Part shown: in pieces, positions 60,353 through 64,000 of the stretch
Position numbering within the stretch: the stretch's first letter is position 1
Layout: every line of letters starts with the position of its first letter
From: an uncultured Acidobacteriota bacterium
GTDB lineage: Bacteria > Acidobacteriota > Thermoanaerobaculia > Multivoradales > UBA5704
DNA: 64,000 nt
NCBI GenBank assembly: GCA_963770895.1
Contig: CAVYRF010000002.1
Location: 1,440,001-1,504,000, forward strand
Direction of reading: 5' to 3'
Notes under the pieces: generated by a model
What the model was told of the DNA's origin: nothing
Database searches by the model: none
The model's input: the letters and a program-made list of their open reading frames with translations, nothing else
Program-made: the position numbers and the translations under genes

Positions 60353-61432
60353 ATGAAAACTCCCCGCAGGATTGCGACGGGCGGCGGGAGCACCGGTGCG
60401 GCAAAGGCGCCGCGGACCGCGCGCCGCCCAACGCCACCCCCCGCGGTGGCGACTTCGGCTGTGCGCCCGCGGCGGGCGAAGCCCGCCAAGGCGCCCGGGG
60501 AGCGGCCGGCACCCTCGCCGCCGCTGGGGGCGCACGTGTCGGTGGCCGGCGGCCTGGCGACCGCGTTCCCGCGCGCCGCCGACCTGGGCTGCGACACCAT
60601 CCAGATCTTCGTCAAGAACGCCAACCAGTGGCGCGCCCGCCCGCTGGCCGCGGAGGACGCCGCGGCGTTCCGCGCCGCGCATGCCGCATCGGGCATCGGC
60701 ACGGTGATGGCGCACGCGTCATACCTGATCAACCTTGCCGCCACCGACCCGCACATCCTGGAGCAGTCGCTCGCCGCCCTGGCCGACGAGCTGGAGCGCT
60801 GCGCGGCGCTGGGCGTGGCGGGGTTGGTGCTGCATCCGGGCGCGCATCTGGGAACGGGCGACGAGGCCGGCTGCGAGCGCGTCGCCGCCGCCTTGGACCG
60901 CACGCTTGCCGCGCTGCCGGCCGTCGCCACCCGCATCCTGCTCGAGAACACCGCCGGCCAGGGGACCTGCCTGGCGCACCGGCTGGAACACCTGGCGGAC
61001 ATCCGCGCGCGCCTGGCGGCGCCGCATCGCGTCGGCATCTGCATCGACACCTGTCACGCCTTCGCCGCCGGGTACGCCCTGCACGAGCCCGCCGGCTGGC
61101 GCGATTTCGTCGCCGAGCTGGCCGCCCGCTTCCCCGCCGACACCCTGGCCTGCATCCACGTCAACGATTCGCTGCGCGCGTTCGGTTCGCGCCGCGACCG
61201 CCATGCCCACATCGGGGAAGGGGAGATCGGCCTGGAGGCCTTTGCCCGGCTGCTCGCCGAGCCCGCCCTGGCCGGCGTGCCGATGATTCTGGAAACCGAG
61301 CCCGGCGACGACATGGCCGGGCATCGCCGCGACCTGGCGACGCTGCGCGGCCTTATGAGCCCGGCAGCAGAGAAGCCGGCAGGTTCTTCGAAAGGTCGAA
61401 GTAGATCACGACCATCATCAGCATCAGGATGA
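60353..61432 (+). CDS. nfo: Endonuclease IV
   Basis: GAHVSVAGG, HASYLINL, HPGAH, ENTAGQG, CIDTCH, HVNDS, DRHAHIG, ILET. Confidence 0.93.
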   Translation: MKTPRRIATGGGSTGAAKAPRTARRPTPPPAVATSAVRPRRAKPAKAPGERPAPSPPLGAHVSVAGGLATAFPRAADLGCDTIQIFVKNANQWRARPLAAEDAAAFRAAHAASGIGTVMAHASYLINLAATDPHILEQSLAALADELERCAALGVAGLVLHPGAHLGTGDEAGCERVAAALDRTLAALPAVATRILLENTAGQGTCLAHRLEHLADIRARLAAPHRVGICIDTCHAFAAGYALHEPAGWRDFVAELAARFPADTLACIHVNDSLRAFGSRRDRHAHIGEGEIGLEAFARLLAEPALAGVPMILETEPGDDMAGHRRDLATLRGLMSPAAEKPAGSSKGRSRSRPSSASG

Positions 61433-62663
61433 GCACCAGCCCCACCTGGCTCATGACTTCCTTGAAGCGCAGCGGCAGGTCGTGGCGGATGACCTCTTCG
61501 ATCAGCAGGATGAAGATCTGCCCACCGTCCAGAATGGGGATCGGCATCAGGTTGAGGATGGCGATGCTGATGCTGATCAAGCCCATGACATAGAACAGGC
61601 TCTTGAAACCGCTGCGCGCCGCGGCTCCCGCCACGCCGGCGATCTCGATCGGCCCGGACAGCGCGCCCTTGGGCGACATCTCGCGGCGGAAGATCTTGCC
61701 CAGCACCTGGAAGGTGTCGGCGACGATCTGGACGTTGAGCTGCAGGCTGGCCACCAGCGCCTGGCCCGGCGGCAGGCGGAAGCCCAGGCTGACGCCGATC
61801 CGTCCCACCTTGCCCTCCAGCGCCGGCACCACGGACAGCACCACCAGCTTGCCCTGGCGCGCCACGGTGATCGCCAGCCGCTGGCCCGGCCGTTTGCCGA
61901 TGGCGTCGACAAAGTCCTGGGAGTCGGTGATGGGGCGCCCGTCGACGGCGCGAATCTGGTCGCCGGGGAGAATGCCGGCGGCGATGGCCGGCTTGCCCAC
62001 CACCTCCAGGATCTCGGGGCGGACTTCGGGACCGATGCCGGGATCGCCGACTTCGTAACGCGGCACCCGCTTGGGCGTCACCGTCACGCCGAAGGACCGT
62101 TCGCCACGCCGCACCAGCAGCGGCACCGGCTTGTCCGGCGAGGTGACCAGCGCCATCTCCACGTCCTGCCAGTTGTGCGCCGGCTCGCCGCCGACCCTGA
62201 CGATGCGGTCGCCAGGCGCCAGGCCGGCCTTGGCCGCCGACGAGCCTTCGTCGACGGCGCCGACGACCGGCGGCACGTTCGGCAGGCTCGGCATCGGCAT
62301 GCCGATCATGAACAGGACGGCGAAGATGGCGCTGGACAGCACCACGTTCATCGCCGGCCCGGCCAGGAACACCAGCACCCGCTGCCAGCGCGGCTTGCTC
62401 AGGAACTGGCGGGGGTCGCCGGACTGCTCGTCGGGGCTTTCGCCATCGAGCCGCACGTAGCCGCCGAGCGGGATGGCAGCGATGCGATAGTCCGTCTCGC
62501 CGCGCTGGATGCCGATCAGGCGCTTGCCGAAGCCGATGGAAAACGTCAGCACGCGCACGCCGAAAGTCTTTGCCATGAGCAGGTGACCGGCTTCGTGCAC
62601 CACGATGATGATGCCCAGGGAAAAGCCGACCGCCAGCAGGTTGATCAGGATGTTGTTCATCAC
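61353..62663 (-). CDS. rseP: RIP metalloprotease RseP with two PDZ domains
   Basis: HEAGH, FSIGFG, IPLGGYV, AGPAMN, NLMPIPILDGG. Confidence 0.95.
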   Translation of the reverse strand: MMNNILINLLAVGFSLGIIIVVHEAGHLLMAKTFGVRVLTFSIGFGKRLIGIQRGETDYRIAAIPLGGYVRLDGESPDEQSGDPRQFLSKPRWQRVLVFLAGPAMNVVLSSAIFAVLFMIGMPMPSLPNVPPVVGAVDEGSSAAKAGLAPGDRIVRVGGEPAHNWQDVEMALVTSPDKPVPLLVRRGERSFGVTVTPKRVPRYEVGDPGIGPEVRPEILEVVGKPAIAAGILPGDQIRAVDGRPITDSQDFVDAIGKRPGQRLAITVARQGKLVVLSVVPALEGKVGRIGVSLGFRLPPGQALVASLQLNVQIVADTFQVLGKIFRREMSPKGALSGPIEIAGVAGAAARSGFKSLFYVMGLISISIAILNLMPIPILDGGQIFILLIEEVIRHDLPLRFKEVMSQVGLVLILMLMMVVIYFDLSKNLPASLLPGS

Positions 62664-62681
62664 GGAACGCCCTTTGATTCC

Positions 62682-63539
62682 CTACCGGGAGAGACCCGGC
62701 AGCAGCAGCCAGGTGCCGATCTGCAGCACCGGCGCCGCGAACAGCAGCGCGTCGCAGCGGTCCAGGATGCCGCCGTGGCCGGGCAGGATGTGGCCGGAAT
62801 CCTTGACGCCGACCCCGCGCTTGAGCATCGATTCGACCAGGTCGCCCACCTGCGCCGCCACCGCCGTCACCGCCGCCAGCAGCAGCAGCCACGGCTCCAG
62901 CCGCCCCAGCCGGAAGACCCCCCAGACCCCCGCCGCCAGCACACCGGTCAGGAACCCGGCGGCGGCGCCCTCCCAGCTTTTTTGCGGGCTGACGGTCGGC
63001 GCCAGCTTGTGGTGGCCGAAGCGCTTGCCGACGTAGAAGGCGGCGGTGTCGCCCAGAAACACGATCGCGAGCAGCAGGAAGACCAGCCAGGGATCGGCGT
63101 GCTGCAGACGGTAGATGCTGGCGATCGGCACCGCGAAGTAAGGCAGTCCGAAGGCGAGGATGCCGATGCTCTCCATGGCTTCGGCGATCGGCGTGCGGGC
63201 CAGCAGCACGACGCTGCCGACACCCACCGAGAGCAGGGCGGCAAAGGCGATCAGCAGCTGCTGCTCGCGGTCGGGGTCGAGCGCCAGCGTCATCGCCACC
63301 GCCGCGATCAACACCAGCACCGGCAGCACCACCAGCGGCGCGTGCGGCGCCCGCGCGCGTGCGATGGCGATGTATTCGAACGCCGCCCAGATGATGAACA
63401 CGGCGGTGAAGACGAAAAACCAGGCGCCGCTCAACAGGAAGATCCCGGCCAGCAGGATCGGGGTCCCGACCACCGCGGTCAGCACGCGCTGCACCGAGGA
63501 CGTGGGAGCGCTGGGCGACGGGTGCGTGACGTGTTCCAT
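62682..63539 (-). CDS. cdsA: Phosphatidate cytidylyltransferase
   Basis: GDTAAFYVG, VSPQKSWEG, GDLVESMLKR..GVKDSG.ILPGHGGILDRCD. Confidence 0.95.
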   Translation of the reverse strand: MEHVTHPSPSAPTSSVQRVLTAVVGTPILLAGIFLLSGAWFFVFTAVFIIWAAFEYIAIARARAPHAPLVVLPVLVLIAAVAMTLALDPDREQQLLIAFAALLSVGVGSVVLLARTPIAEAMESIGILAFGLPYFAVPIASIYRLQHADPWLVFLLLAIVFLGDTAAFYVGKRFGHHKLAPTVSPQKSWEGAAAGFLTGVLAAGVWGVFRLGRLEPWLLLLAAVTAVAAQVGDLVESMLKRGVGVKDSGHILPGHGGILDRCDALLFAAPVLQIGTWLLLPGLSR

Positions 63540-63633
63540 GAGGGTGGGTTCGGCGCGGCGGCGGATTCAACAAGTTACCACAACAGGCAGGCCCCGGACA
63601 TGGAGGCGGCGCCTGTTGCGTAAGTTCGCGGCA

Positions 63634-64000
63634 TCATCCCCCGCCCTGCCGGCCGCCCGCCTGCTCGGGGGGCTCCTCGGGCGGCTGGGGCGCGGTCCAG
63701 GATGGCGGATAGAAGACCCGCTCCAGCACCAGGCCGTGGGCGGGCGCCTTGGGACCGGCGGCGCTGCGGCAGCCGCCCGACAGCAGGGCGGCCAGGTCCG
63801 CCGGCGACCGCCGCGCCAGCCCCACCTCCAGGAGCGTCCCCGCCAGCGCCCGCACCATGCCGCGCAAAAATCCGTCGGCGACGATGCGAAAGCGCAGCTC
63901 CTCGCCGTCTTCCTGCACGACCGCCGATTCGACGGTGCGCCACGGTTGCGTGTGCGACCCGCCCGCCTGGGCAAAGGCCGAAAAGTCGTGCCGCCCGACG
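63634..64000 (-). CDS. truA: tRNA pseudouridine(38-40) synthase TruA (5' end outside window)
   Basis: GRHDFSAF...ADGFLRGMVRALAGTL.EVG...APAHGLVLERVFY. Confidence 0.9.
   Translation of the reverse strand, partial: VGRHDFSAFAQAGGSHTQPWRTVESAVVQEDGEELRFRIVADGFLRGMVRALAGTLLEVGLARRSPADLAALLSGGCRSAAGPKAPAHGLVLERVFYPPSWTAPQPPEEPPEQAGGRQGGG

Overview
Very GC-rich bacterial chromosome segment, gene-dense, with about 55 CDS. I see no rRNA, tRNA, CRISPR array or mobile element. Gene content suggests Acidobacteriota, possibly Thermoanaerobaculia-like (inference). The left third carries a surface-glycosylation pair (DegT aminotransferase, GT-C-like membrane protein), two tandem exported M20 peptidases, and a sigma54-controlled type IV filament locus. 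That locus comprises a GspG-like major pilin, a YfhO-like protein, pilD, a PilS-like kinase, PilV/W/X-like minor pilins, a large Cys-rich PilY1, an FxLYD protein, and a PilR-like activator transcribed behind selA. The rest is largely housekeeping (ychF, tldD/E, pccB, folC, accD, yebC, ruvC, ftsEX, gatB, pgeF, rlmN, tatA, cpoB, bamD, rpe, nfo, rseP, cdsA, truA) with unusual envelope-signalling genes: a pseudo-receiver/Ser-Thr kinase/TM/TonB-C fusion, DUF4388-like and MXAN_5187-like proteins, and a LysM/Fis-like/SLT module. The most notable points are the hybrid T2SS-pseudopilin/T4aP locus with an embedded glycosyltransferase, four sigma54 promoter motifs, the kinase-TonB fusion, an M20 enzyme/pseudo-enzyme pair, two probable CTG start codons, leaderless genes, and a 1-nt frameshift in folC. 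All family calls come from motif recognition by eye; no database was searched.
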